From: Antedon mediterranea
Taxonomy: Eukaryota > Animalia > Echinodermata
Length of the DNA stretch: 64,000 bases
Direction: 5' to 3'
NCBI RefSeq assembly: GCF_964355755.1
Contig: NC_092673.1
Span: forward strand, 21,573,648 to 21,637,647
This document shows, in pieces, positions 26,086-45,652 of this stretch (the first letter of the stretch is position 1; every line of letters begins with the position of its first letter). The notes below the pieces were generated by a model, which was not told the DNA's origin, did not search any database, and was given only the letters and a program-made list of their open reading frames with translations. Position numbers and translations under genes: made by a program.

Positions 26086-27439
26086 TGTCTCTGACTTTGC
26101 TGAAAAACAGAAGAACGAATATTATCTGTTAGCTAATTACACGAAATATGAATCTATGAAACTCTCTACCGTACCTAACTATGTTGTTCTTAGCACATCA
26201 ATTAACTCATTCAAAAACAAATTTGACAGACAACAAACGCTAAGAGAAGAGGTAACCCTTACGAGTTTTAACTCACTGCGGTAACTGAGTAGGAAAAACA
26301 TAACAAAATAAGTTAAACTATATCAGTCAGCACAGTTAACCACCGGCAGTTAACCACAAAGCAGTAGTTGACTGTACCAATAATCACATGTTATTTTGGT
26401 CATGATAAAATACACTTATTCCCCGTTATTGGCGAATTTCTTTTTGCTTTTGGTTGGGTTTGGAAATAAAATATAATTTTGTATGGAGTGCCACAGTAAT
26501 ACTAATAGGTACACCTTTGCTTAACTTTATTAAAATCGTCTTTGAGTACAAAGGGTATGGTTAGGCAGGATACTCGAACATCGTCCGCACACAGATACCA
26601 AGTTTATTTAACCGAAACCCCCCAAAAAGCGAATGATGTTTAAATTATGCATTGGGAGAGGTGCGTCATGGGTCCCTCTTTTATAAAAAAATATATAATA
26701 ATTAATAAATGAACAATGGTGTGTCAATATCTGTCACTTTACCATCCACCATATCATGAACAACATGGTAATTGTTCTTCAAAATAGGTGCATCATGGTT
26801 ACCTAAATAAAGGTAAGTCACCTTTTTTACGCATGGGTGTGTCATGGTATTCATAAGGTATGACGCACATCGGACAAATGATGCACCTCTCCTGGGGGTT
26901 GTATTAGTATAGTGGGTTATACAATTGTATTACAAAGTACATTTTCTACATCATAGCAGGGCTTTTTTATACAAACTAGACATTGATTTTAATCACAACC
27001 AAAATAAAACGAGACATCATAAACTACGACCGTGCCAATAGAAAAGATTGACTGTGCCGATAGTCACTTCCCTTACAGTGGTACCATACCCTGCTTGCCT
27101 ACCTAGGCCTAGGCTATCAGCATGTACTGTACTCACAAGCTAGCACAAACAAGTACCGGTTAGGTCAGGCTAGCTTTTAGATTTGGCAGGCAGGGACAGG
27201 CCGCCTGTCGGGGAAAACCAGCAGTGGAGTTAGATTAGAAATAGAGTGCCAGTGTACTGTACTGATTGATGAGTGAGCTCTCTCGACTATACAAAATATC
27301 TGACTAGTTAGTTGGCTAGACCAGTGTTAATAATATCTTACTGCTGTTATTGCAATTTTTAAAGTTAAATCATAGTCAACTATTGACTATGGTTAAATGT
27401 ACTGCGTTCGACGCGTACTATCGTACGTACGACGAGGAG

Positions 27440-27733
27440 CAGCAATCAAATCAAATTTTCCACACCTTTCTTGAAAATTAGCGTCTGCTTTTTTTCCGTT
27501 TAAAAAAAATATATGTATTCAAAAATATTTTTAAAGTATATCGGTTATATTCTGCAGTGTTTAGCACTTACAAATTATTTATTAAAAGCTTATTTTTATT
27601 TTATATCCCTTTTTTGTAACATTTAACAATAAAAACTTAATAAACGGTTCATATTAAAAATATTTATATTTATCAATCTCATTTCAGAAAATACCGCCGC
27701 CACACGTGTTTACAAATTAAAAACAAAACAAAC
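27440..27733. promoter_or_regulatory. Putative bidirectional promoter of UROS and BCCIP
   Basis: Head-to-head genes; E-box CACGTG at 27703-27708 just upstream of the BCCIP ATG; candidate minus-strand donor AAG|GTGTGG at 27466/27465 for a UROS 5'UTR exon. Inferred, no transcript data. Confidence 0.5.
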
Positions 27734-30700
27734 ATGTCGTCTTACGGTAAAAAACGGCGTGTGAATGAAAATAAAGTAGAAGAGGCTGATAAGCCAGAAG
27801 AAGACAGTTCGGAAGATGAAATAGAAAATATCGATGATGAAGAATCTGATTCTGATGTTGAAATTAATGAGGTAACATTAAATATCATCCCTACTATTGC
27901 TAGGCCAACAACCACGAGGTAGCTAGCATATGGATGACGTCGATGAGTGCAAGAACGCCCTGGCTCCGCCTGGCTGCTTCTTGCTCTGCTTGGTAGGCCT
28001 ACCCGGCAATAGGCTAGGTCGTTTCGTATTATTTTAATATTAAAATTAATCAAATTTATAATAATCTAAACAGGCTAAAAATTGCAATGACCATAAAAGT
28101 ATTGATGATAATCGAAAATAAAATAGGATCGGTTAAATGTCAATAAAATTAAAACATTTGTTTTGTCTAATAATAATATTAATAAAAATGTCATGAATTT
28201 ATGTTTTCTATTTATTAGCCTACACAAAGGGTAGGTGCACTGTCAATTACATGCAAATTTTATCATACATGCTGACCATAAGCCTACTTCTGTATAAATA
28301 GGACCTAGGCTAGTTAGTAATTGCACAGATAGCCAAATGAAATAATTTTAATAATGATACATAAATTTGAATTAATCTTTTTTAAGGAAGTCCAGATAGA
28401 ATTTGAAGCCTTACCGCCACAACCAGGGGATGCTGATGGCATTACTCGACTTTTACAACAGGTTTGCATTTTCCCTTTTCAAATCATCATATCGCAGACC
28501 AGTTAGTTCGTTTATTTATTATTACCCCAAATGTATATAGTATTTTCACAGAAAGAAAGGATTAACTGATCCATTACCAAGCAAGTATAAGACAAAAAAT
28601 ACAAAACATAACACCTTTTTTTTAAAATTATTATTTATTTATACTGACCTCTTCAGTCAAAGACTGGTCTCCCAGAGGGCCCAGTTATGATCAGTGGAAG
28701 TGCACACGAGCTAGATGTACACTGAACCTATGGTTTATAGTCCTTAATCCTTATCCGAGACCGAGAAGACTTGTTCTACCACCAGAACCATGAAGCGACT
28801 GAGCCTCGAACCCTTGCTGATGTTATGGCTATGTAATTACGGTCCCACTGTCCGCTTGGCCACTCACTTAACCATAGTTAGTTAACCACTGCCTAAACAG
28901 TACAGTGCTGTAAAAGTTACAAAAGAGGCAAAAAAGGATGTTATACTCTTCTTCTCCCTCCTCCTTCTTCTCCCTCCTCCTTCTTCTTCTCCCTCCTCCT
29001 TCTTCTTCTCCCTCCTCCTCCTTCACTTTCAATAATTTTGTATGAATATATATTTTGTTATTCGCAACAGTTACTTACTTATATCTTGCACTAGTTATTT
29101 GGAAAAGCTCACATAGACTTAGGTGACTTAACAAAGACTATCCTGTCACAAGATCATGTTGGAAGTGTTGTAAAGGTGAAGATTTCTTTTTATTGATTTC
29201 TTAACAATTTTACGCATTTAGTATAAATTTAATGTTTAAAAAATTACTAATATAGAGGGCTTTAGGGAGAGATCTCGTGGGTTGAGGATGGAGAGACTCA
29301 TGTTTTAGATTATTATGTTAAAACAACCCAATAAAGTGTTGTATTTGTAACTGGATATCAAATCTCTGTATGATTGATAACTACCATGATACGCTGTTCA
29401 AAGGGTACACTATTACTATTCATTTATAGCAAAGCGCTGATCAGTTAGCAGAGGATAGCGACCAAGATGATGATGAAAGCGAAGACGATATTTTTGGATT
29501 CATATCAGTAATCAATATTACCAAAAAGGTGAGAATATTTACAATAACATTTTGATATTTTTGGTCCAAAATAAACATTATATATATATTTCATTGCATA
29601 AATTAATTAAAAAGCTGGAAAAGTGTCATTGTATATATTTTTCATTTTATTTGTATTTTCTAGGAATCGCCAAGCACAAATCAATTAAAAAACTGGATCT
29701 TCGATAAATGTAAAAAGTGTGGTACACAATCAGATAATGACCAACTAAATTCGGTTCTAGAGGGCGGTAAACACTCGGTTGGATTTCTAATAACAGAACG
29801 CTTTATCAACATTCCACCACAGTTAGCATTACCGCTTCATAAAAGTTTACAGTATGTTTCATCACATTGTTTTAATTCTACGTTCTTTCGGATATTCGAA
29901 AGAAAAATGTACAATTTTCTTAAAATTATATATAGATATCATTAATAACAAAACAACATTTATATAATATAAAACTTTTTTTAAAGGAAAGATTTGGGGT
30001 TAGCAAGTCAGAAGAGTCCAAAGTTTAACTTTGATTATTACTTAATGATCAGTAAAACATTTAAAAGTCCAGAAAGCTCTGCATCTTCAAAAACCAGCAA
30101 ACAAGGGAAGGAGTCCAAAGATGAAATTGCATTGTTTGCAAATGCAGAAGACGAGTACTTTCACGAGGTAGAAATGTATGCCTTACTACTCCCTCAAAAA
30201 CCCATTTGTATCCTTTGTTCCCGGAAATCATCCATCCCTATAACAATCCCAATCAAAGTAACTTTAAGAGCTTTGTGAGGGCATGTGGTGCAGTTTGTTA
30301 GACGCGGGATTAGAGATCGTGGTGCGAATCCAACTCTCGCTGCATTAATTGTATCCTTAGGAAAGACATTTTACTTACATTTGCCTCTCTCCACTCAGGT
30401 GTACCGTTTAAACCAAGACGCAACTTTGCACTGATTATTAACTGCATTATTATGGGAGTATGTTTCCATGCGTGTTTGATCCAAAAAAATGGCCGGGGTG
30501 GTAATGTGCAGCGCATTGAGAGCGTGCTCATACAAGAATTAACTATTATTATTGTTAAGATTTTGAACTACAGTTGGTTTTAAACTGTATTTGTACCTGT
30601 ATGCAAAACCACAATATAATTAAAGTTTAACACCTGTAGTGTTTGTGGGATATTTATTTTTTGCAGTTCATAGAATTAGTAGACTTGACCTTGGTGGTAA

Positions 30701-31211
30701 AATACTTTTGATAAGTTGTTGAAATTAAATTAACTGGATATTTGGTACGCCATTTGAACTTGAAAATAAAATTAGTCTTTTTAGGAGTGTGAGAGTTTAA
30801 CCAGAAATCTTGGGAGACTCTAGGGAAATTCTAGAAACTTGGGAGGTCTGAATAATAATCTCACAAAACATTTCTTGGAAAGTAAAACAAACTGAAGTGA
30901 AAAATAAGTTCACCAAACTTTTAAAGTGTAGGCTACTCTAGACACGTACACATTAAATGAGGCATATCAACAGCTAAATATTGATTAACGTTCCATTCAA
31001 CTCATTTATTGTTATACAATATTTTTTATTATACTCATAGGAATCGATGTTGTCGTTCAGTTTTCCTGTTTCAGAAGAAGGTAACCTAGCTGTTGGTGGA
31101 AAGTGGTCGGGAGACGATACTGAACTGAATGTCTACAGAACAGTCATGTTAATACCAACAACAGCAATTAAACCCATCATAGCAAAGATGGAAAAGACCT
31201 TAGCATTATAA
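27734..31211 (+). CDS. BCCIP: BCCIP/Bcp1 family protein, 7 exons, 310 aa
   Basis: Exons (+): 27734-27871 (acidic N-terminus); 28387-28461 EVQIEFEALPPQPGDADGITRLLQQ; 29095-29175 LFGKAHIDLGDL...HVGSVVK; 29430-29528 ...DDIFGFISVINI; 29664-29851 ...VGFLITERFINIPPQLALPLHKSL; 29987-30167 ...FDYYLMISK...FANAEDEYFHE; 31041-31211 ...VGGKW...YRTVMLIP...stop. GT-AG introns, phases consistent, 933 nt. Confidence 0.95.
28640..28870 (-). mobile_element. tRNA-derived SINE (Deu/Nin-like family)
   Basis: Same head (GAGTGAGTGGCC, GGTTCGAGGCTC), core (CGGATAAGGA...TATAAACCATAGGTTC) and tail (CTGGGCCCTCTGGGAGACCAGTCTTTGACTGAAGAGGTCAGTATAAAT) as 24262-25582. Confidence 0.8.
28945..29025. repeat. CTC/CTT polypyrimidine microsatellite
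   Basis: Repeated CTTCTTCTCCCTCCTC just upstream of BCCIP exon 3. Confidence 0.85.
30278..30552 (+). mobile_element. Second tRNA-derived SINE family with an L2-like tail
   Basis: A/B-box-like head (TGGTGCAGTTTG...GGTGCGAATCC), central TGTATCCTTAGGAAAGACATTTTAC...CCTCTCTCCACTCAGGTGTA block, tail GCAGCGCATTGAG...(TAT)n. Confidence 0.6.
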
Positions 31212-31227
31212 GAAAACTACATAAACA

Positions 31228-31710
31228 ATAGGGAGGTTTCGCAACCTTACGAATACGATAACGTCATACATTTGTGAAACTTTTGAGCTGATCCCCATTT
31301 CATATTCGTAAAGCGTATTCGTGTTGACGAATATCACCAGTCATATTCGTAACTACAAAACGAGTATAGTTTTTGACCTATTTTGCACATTTTGCATTTG
31401 AATCAGGAATGATTCATGATTATAATATAATTATAGATTTATTGAAAGTAATTTACTAAAATGGCAAGTCAATTTTGATAAATAGCAGTTTTTAAAGTCC
31501 TCACTCGCTTTGATGTTACGCTAGGCCTAGGCAGCTGCCAAGCACCAAGTACCTGCGCTTCGCTCAAATTTACCGCAGTCATATTTTGGACGCGCCTCAA
31601 TATTTCGTTGCCATGCGAAACAGATTTTTTTATGGCTTACGAAAACGAATACGTGTGCGTGACGTAGCCGTTTTCGTTATCGTATTCGTAAGATTGTGAA
31701 ACCTCTCTAT
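31228..31710. mobile_element. MITE family D in the presumptive BCCIP 3'UTR
   Basis: ATAGGGAGGTTTCGCAACCTTACGAATACGATAACG ... CGTTATCGTATTCGTAAGATTGTGAAACCTCTCTAT; reverse-complement relative of 24691-25186. Confidence 0.85.
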
Positions 31711-32366
31711 TGTCAATAATAAAACATCCATAATAAATTGCGTGTCTAACTTTTTTTATGTACAGACAATGGTTTTTATTGGTCACTATGTTTTATTTAG
31801 AAATAATACGACATTTATTATTTTGTGTAGCCTATTTTAAGCAATAAAACTTATTGTTGATTCAGTGTACACTGTATACTCATCTTTCATAAAGGTCTTA
31901 TTTATGGACTATGATCCTACTACATTTTATAAAACAGTATTTAACATCCTAGTATTTAAGCTTGGTTAACAAAGTGCTCAGTCTGCATTTCAGTGGCATG
32001 TATTTTCTGCGTGCAAAATGGATAAACAAATATAACACCGATCACATTAAACTATACTTGTAAAACGTCAAACCTTCAACATCGGTGTAAATTACATTTA
32101 CACAGTATGCATATTTGACAACACTAGCCACTTAAAAAACACTTTGCCTACTATGAGTGTTAACGCCTATATACACTTGTGATGATATAGAATTTTAAGA
32201 ACTCTCATAAAAACAAGAAGCTTGTTGTATATCCAGTTTAAAGGTGTATAAATAACAACAAATTAACATATAGATAATATCCAGTATTTGGATGCGGTAA
32301 ATTAGCTATTACAAATCAGCCTTGCATTATTTTCATTATTGTTCCCTTTCCTTAAAGAAGATTTTG

Positions 32367-39225
<6,859 letters not shown>

Positions 39226-39460
39226 TGCTTTTATTTAATATTTTGATAAAAAATTAATATTAAAACTGACCGAACAAAAGACATGTGTTCGCGCAATCAC
39301 ACCGAATTTCGTTTTGCAAAACGACAACGCCGACCGATCCCGATGATATGCGTTTCCATTGCAATCATTTCCAGTAGGATGATCCACCACAGTACCGTGA
39401 TGTAGTGATATTTCTACGACAGTATGTTTTCAAAAGAGCGCATGCGTAAATGAATGTGCT
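39226..39460 (-). promoter_or_regulatory. Putative DHX15 promoter/5'UTR
   Basis: CpG-retaining stretch upstream of the ATG, with an NRF1-type palindrome GCGCATGCG at 39438-39446. Confidence 0.45.
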
Positions 39461-41059
39461 GCAGCAGAAAATGCATTTATTTTTTTTGCATATTTATAGC
39501 GAATTATGAATAACACAAATCGTAAATCTTACTGTTACAGTTTATACCATTTTACCCCCTTTACCACATGTTTTAATTGATGGTTATGTAAATCTTTCAT
39601 CATCTCATCTTTCCAAATTATATAGTTTCTTGATTGACAGCATGTAGATTGTTTTCTTTGATGTAAGAACGTATTTTAATGAAGTTGAAGAAATGTGTTG
39701 AACTCAATTACAGTATCACCAAAACCATAGAGATATTCACTAGGCCTATATCTGATCTCCTATGCCAAAACAGATAATGGATTCCGTAAAACTACAGTAG
39801 AACCATTGATTATCTAAGATGCTATAGGCCGCAGTAAACAAGATCGAGGAGCATCTCAAATAAAGGTCTGTGATTAATATAATCAATAGACGTAATGCCC
39901 CTATTATAGTGCAGTACACAATTCAAGGACTATAACAATTGAGTTTGAAGCGTTAGTAGAAGATAGAATAAAATCAATCCAATCAACTTTTGCATATGAA
40001 TCTCTTGGTGCAAATTTTGCAACCAAACAGTGATTTTTAATATGTACCTATTGAGCTGTTTATCTACTTATAAGTTCATACCAAGTTCATGCAACCCAAG
40101 TCTTGTCATCGTCCATTATAATAGGGGGTCAACCATTATGAATACAACTAATTTCCACAATGATTGATTATATTTTTTAACCAAAGAAATTAAAATGACA
40201 TAAACTAGTATAGTATGAACATTTCCAGACTTTGTAATAATTACCATCTATTCATTAAACAAACCAAGTCACAGAAAGATAAACATAACCATTACCCGAA
40301 TGAAAATGGTAGATCCCAGCTCGCTATCATTAAAACATAGGTGTCTTAATTTGGCAATTGTGAATATAAAACACGACATATAGAACTAAATAACACCTAA
40401 CAATTGTTCCTTATATATCAAACATTAGAATGATATAAAAATTAAAATGCTACTTACAATTATATAATGAAAAAATTAACCTCAAACTTAGCTACAATCC
40501 AACGGTCTGTCAAGTGAAGACTTCATAACACAGGCAAACCCTATTTGAATTTTGCCGCCTTTTTGAGCATTTTTTAGATTTTTTCAAAATAGATTTTGCT
40601 ATTTTGACACAGTCTATTTTAAGCCAATGCTCATAAGAAAAGTATGTAAGGAATCTATGAATATTCAGCTTTCTTTTAAGAAACTATCCAAAATGATTGA
40701 TGGCCTACAAGTGATCTTAAATTGCAAATAAAACACTGTGGTGCTTTAGAAAATAGGTAAAAAATTGACCTCACACTGTCAGCGGGCAATGGATGGTGAG
40801 TTTTAAAACGTAAAATGACACATACTTTTTGTAACTTTACAATTTCAAACATATATCATAATGTTCAGTATTGTCTACAGTTTATTTTGAGCTACTATCC
40901 AAAAAAATCCGATTTATAATAGCCGAGATATTTAGGTGGGAACATGAAAATCAAGTGTTTTGTAGAATATCACGATGCGAAATCAGTGGTATCCATGTCC
41001 CAGTGAAGTGTGTTGGGGAAATTTAGCTATTTCGTTGCTCAAGAGATTCATATGTATTA

Positions 41060-41267
41060 AATTTGCTGTCGTTGATTGGTCAAAAGTTTCCCTTTCTCCT
41101 CCCACTTTTAATTCCCCACGTGTGTGCGCGCTGCATCATCAACCGTCGTCCCACACACGCCACGGCCGGCCATATGCTGCACACAGGCACAGAGTGACGC
41201 ACAAACCACCTAGGCCTAGAGGTCGAAACAGAGCCTAGCAATAACTTTTGGCAATTACTGTATTACG
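41060..41267 (+). promoter_or_regulatory. Putative CCDC172 promoter/5'UTR
   Basis: Local GC/CpG peak, inverted CCAAT (GATTGG, ~41073) and E-box CACGTG at 41117-41122. Confidence 0.45.
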
Positions 41268-44200
41268 ATGAGTCTCAGTGAGTTATTTGTTCAGATTCTC
41301 GAGTCTGAACAGAAGGCAGAAGAACGAAAACATGTTTTAAATGAAAGTAAGGGTAATTGATATCAGCATAAAAAACTATTTATTTTTAATATTTATTTAG
41401 TTTAGGCATACACTAGGCCCCTAGGCCTACTATGCCTACTGTAGTAGCTAGGCCTAAGTAACTACAGTAGGGCCTACTAGTAGGCCTACGTAGGCCTATC
41501 TCTAGTCCTAGGCCTAGGCTATTAATTATTGAGAATAATGCCTTGTAACTTGTTGCTCCCTCTCTCCTCCTCCTCCTCCTCCTCCTCCTCCTGTCTGGCT
41601 TTGAGCCCTAGCTAGCTCACACTCACAGTAGATAGTAGTAGTACTTACTTACTAACTAGTGTAGTAGTAGGCTTATTTATATCCATAAAGTACACAGCTG
41701 CATATGTTATATCATCAGTATCACACAGCAGAATACTGGATCGGACGCGACTATGTCTACTACTGGCCTACTTACTAGTAGTAGTACTAGCCCAGAATTT
41801 AGATGATTGTTAATAATATGTCATACTTTATCAATTTATCATGCAGTTAAGAATGAAATTGGAAATACAAGAGGAAAACTAGGAAAAGTTCAAGAACAAA
41901 AATTATCCTTGCAAGGTCAACAACTTATTAAGGTTTATAACATTTTTTTTATTATTTAGAATTGATCATAAAAAATAGAAAACTTTATGCTTGACCTGAG
42001 TAAAACTAAAAGAGGTATGACAAGGTTCAGTCTACTTTTCATTCTCAACTAAATTATAAAAATAAAATTCTCTTGTTTGTATTTATTAGACCAAAAAGTT
42101 ATCTGAAGAAGAGTTAAATTTAAAGTTGTATACAATTAGAGAGAATGTGTTAAAAGAACAACTCTGTGAACTTCAAGTGATCAACAAAGAAAGACTAAAA
42201 GATTTAGTAGGTTCAATGAATTTATTTTATCAAATATTTTTTTTACAATTTTGTTGTCGAATATGCCATTTTAATGTCCCATATTAGTTATTCACTTTGA
42301 CCAAAAATTGGATCAACAAAAACAAATTATTTACATGAAAAAAAAATTAATTTAAAAAAAAAGTGAAATAAATAATTAATAACATTTTCCATCTTTAAAT
42401 CAGTCCATTGTTAGAGAACAACAGGAGTATGAAAAAAAGATTTTTCATGAGGAATTGGAAAAATTCAGCAAAGAATATGACATGCAAGGGAATGGGGTTA
42501 TGGAACGCCAAGGACAAGCTCAGGTAGAAGTAGACGGGCTAAAGGAACAAGAAAGTCTGTTGAATAAAGGTGTGTAGGTAGAGTTGTTATATATTATAGT
42601 GAACGTTATACTCCTGATGATAGAGTTATACTGTAGAACAACCTCCTTTGGGAAACCAATCCAGTGCTGTAGCCACGAGCCACATGGTTGTCAAAGGCCT
42701 TGGTCTCTGTGCCTCAGGTTCCTTACCAACCATACTGGTGTTACGGCCCTGTATCCTAACCCTTCTTACCATTACCCTAACTTTAGGTTATACTTTCATG
42801 AGGAACGGACAAGGAGAAATTTAATTGTTTTCAGTGGCGGATCCAGAATTTTTTAATTTGGGGTGGAGGGCCAGGGCCTAACAATGGTGAAATGAACGGA
42901 TGACCTTAATTTGATGGCCTATCTTTTGCACTGGATCCGCCCCTGGTTTTAACATTATGGCCATGATTAGTTGAGAACACCAACACAATCAGTACCATTA
43001 CATTTTAACATTGTTCAAACTAGAAATGAGTGAGTACAGAGAACATACAAAAACGTTGAATAAACTAACTGATGAAAAAGAATCAATGATTAAGGAAATA
43101 AATGAGTTAGAAATGAAATGGAAAGGTAAGCCATAACTTAATTAGTTTATTTTATTTATTCTGTCTTTATACTGAATGAAACTTTCAGTGCATTGATCTC
43201 CAAATTGGTTCATTAGAGAAACGTTAACAATATAATAAAAATAATTAAAAGACAACTAACAAAGTAATTTACATTTGTACACACGCACAACAATATCTAT
43301 CTACAAATATACAGTATATATAAAAAATGAAATAAATTTAAGGTAACAGATACTTAATACTTAATCAGTAATATTTTTGATTGAATTTTTAAAAGTTAAA
43401 ACTGTTAATCATCATCATCATTTACCTAAAATGTATTTCAATAACAAATTTCAAATGATAATGTGCTTTAAAATGGTATTTTTAGATTTGGATGAAGAGG
43501 TGCAAAAAGAGGAGGAAAAAATAAAGAAGTTGGAGAAAGAGAAAAAAGAGTTGGCAAGCAAATCTCACACATGCTCAGAGTTTAAAAGGTATATTTGTTG
43601 AATACTTACATATACACATATGATAATACTGTATGTAAACATTATTTCCTGGTGGGTTCCAGGGTAGGGCATGAGGGCGTGAACAGCCGGCCAGAAAGGT
43701 TTTTTTTAAGTAGGACATCAAATTAAACTCAACACTTATTTCATCATTTAGGACATGGTTAAGACAGGGTGTCACAAATGATAGCCATACAATCACAAGA
43801 GGTTGAAGACTCTCCACGACCATAGTTCTGGTGGTAGAGAACAATTCTTCTTGGATCTAGACATCTGGCTTGATAAAAATGGGCATTGTTTGATCGCAGC
43901 TCAGCACGAAGGGACCCTTAAAGGGAGATGAAAGTTGTTGGAAGGGTTCTATCCACTTGGCTTTTGTGTTACTGTGAAAATGCATTTAAATTTACATATA
44001 TTTCTATATCTACTTGAAATCTAGATTACAAAATGAACTTGAGACATGCCAGGATGATAATCTAGAAAGTGTGTGTGCAGCCTTACAACTTGAATTAGAT
44101 CAGTTACAGAGAAATCTCTGGCAAAAACAATTACAAAACAGAACAACTAGGCAGCAGACAAATACTCTCACAGGTCAACAGACGAGAGGTCAACCTTCGG

Positions 44201-45652
44201 TATTTGATGTTGTGTGATATTTTTATCATTATATAAGTCTGAGTTGAGTGGCAAATTATCCACCATTATCAGCACAGGTTGATGGCAGTATAGTTCTGGT
44301 TTTTGGATAAGGACTTAACTGGAGGTCCGATGTATAGTTCTGGTTTTTGGATAAGGACTTAACTGGAGGTCCGATGTATAGTTCTGGTTTTTGGATAAGG
44401 ACTTAACTGGAGGTCCGATGTATTGTTCTGGTTTTTGGATAAGGACTTATAATTGGAGGTCCGATGTATAGTTCTGGTTTTTGGATAAGGACTTAACTGG
44501 AGGTCCGATGTATTGTTCTGGTTTTTGGATAAGGACTTATAATTGGAGGTCCGATGTATAGTTCTGGTTTTTGGATAAGGACTTAACTGGAGGTCCAATG
44601 TATAGTTCTGGTTTTTGGATAAGGACTTATAACTGGAGGTCCGATGTATAGTTCTGGTTTTTGGATAAGGACTTAACTGTAGGTCCGATGTACATATATG
44701 GTTTTGTGTGCACTTAAACAATTCCCAGTGCATCTGCATCATATTTGTCTTATTAAATTATTTTTTTCAGGGAAAATCTGGAAATAACAGAAGCGCTCCC
44801 AAGCAGTCTTGCTTCAAGTGGGCGCCCCCTACGAAAGTTGCAGCACCATCTGTTGACCCACCTAAACCAAATCTGAAAAAGCTTCGTCAAAATATGAAGG
44901 TGAAAAATAAAATGCAGGTAGCTCTTCACTTTATCATATTAACAATTCATTTACATTTATTCAGCAATATATATTTACATTGTTTTATACATATTGCAGG
45001 GATCTTACAGAGAAGACGTAAGACCCTTTGGAAAAAACAAATATATATATATATAAAATATCACAAAAAAATCATGAAGTAAAGTTTCATACAAGTTAAG
45101 GAAGAAAAATATAATAAACACTATAGCCATAGAACAAATTCTAAACTGTGATATACTGAAAATTGATTAATTAATTTAAAACGATAAGAAGAGAAAATTT
45201 ATGAGAATGAGAAAAAAGTTTTTACAAGTGATCTTGCCTTCTAAATGAATTATATTTGTTAATTAAGTTAAGATAAACTTCATTTTTCCTTTTACTTTTC
45301 CCCTAGCCGTTTGTGGGGTGTTAGAGCACCGTAGATGATTTAACAAATCTCCTCCATGTGGCCCTGTCCGCCATCCTCAGTGTCTAGTATTGTGAGTCAG
45401 TTTGGTCCCTTCTTGTTGTCTTTCCAGTGTTTCTTAAGTCTTCCTCTTTTCCTCCCACCTGGTACAGTGCCTTGCATGATTGTTTTTGCAAGTCCAGATA
45501 ATATCGTAATGCATTGTTTTCATTTTTCCTGCTTGCACAATTATCAACAGGATCTTACAACAAAACAAAACACTCAAAATGCATTGTTTTCTTTTGGTTT
45601 CAAGTCTCCTACATTTGACCTACAACTGGATAGTCTCTTTGAGGACTTTTGA
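41268..45652 (+). CDS. CCDC172: Coiled-coil domain-containing protein 172 homolog, ~358-364 aa
   Basis: Exons (+): 41268-41346 MSLSELFVQILESEQKAEERKHVLNE; 41847-41932; 42090-42206; 42404-42569; 43024-43125; 43486-43588; 44025-44199 ...RLQNELETCQDDNLESVCAALQLELDQLQRNLWQKQLQ; 44771-44917; possible microexon 45000-45017; 45551-45652. The N-terminus and the LQNELE...LESVCAALQLEL block resemble vertebrate CCDC172 as I recall it (MSLESLFQHII..., [27 protein letters not shown]). The last three exons are less certain. Confidence 0.8.
42832..42945. mobile_element. MITE with CAGTGGCGGATCCAG termini
   Basis: CAGTGGCGGATCCAGA ... CTGGATCCGCCCCTG; GTTTT on both flanks; relatives at ~37404 and ~52685. Confidence 0.65.
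44289..44692. repeat. 44/46-bp minisatellite (~9 units) derived from a SINE core
   Basis: TATAGTTCTGGTTTTTGGATAAGGACTT(AT)AA(C/T)TGGAGGTCCGATG units; source of ORF 44359-44742. Confidence 0.9.
45290..45500 (-). mobile_element. RTE-clade LINE 3' fragment
   Basis: Minus-strand translation GLAKTIMQGTVPGGRKRGRLKKHWKDN...DRATWRRFV matches the typical RTE ORF2 C-terminus. Confidence 0.75.

Noticed and set aside
24691-31710. Two inverted family D MITEs bracketing BCCIP as a composite transposon
   Set aside because: Each copy has its own two termini and different flanks, and the enclosed genes keep the expected neighbours, so independent insertions are simpler.
44359-44742. 127-aa ORF with 30-aa repeats
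   Set aside because: Translation of the SINE-derived 44/46-bp array, antisense within a CCDC172 intron.
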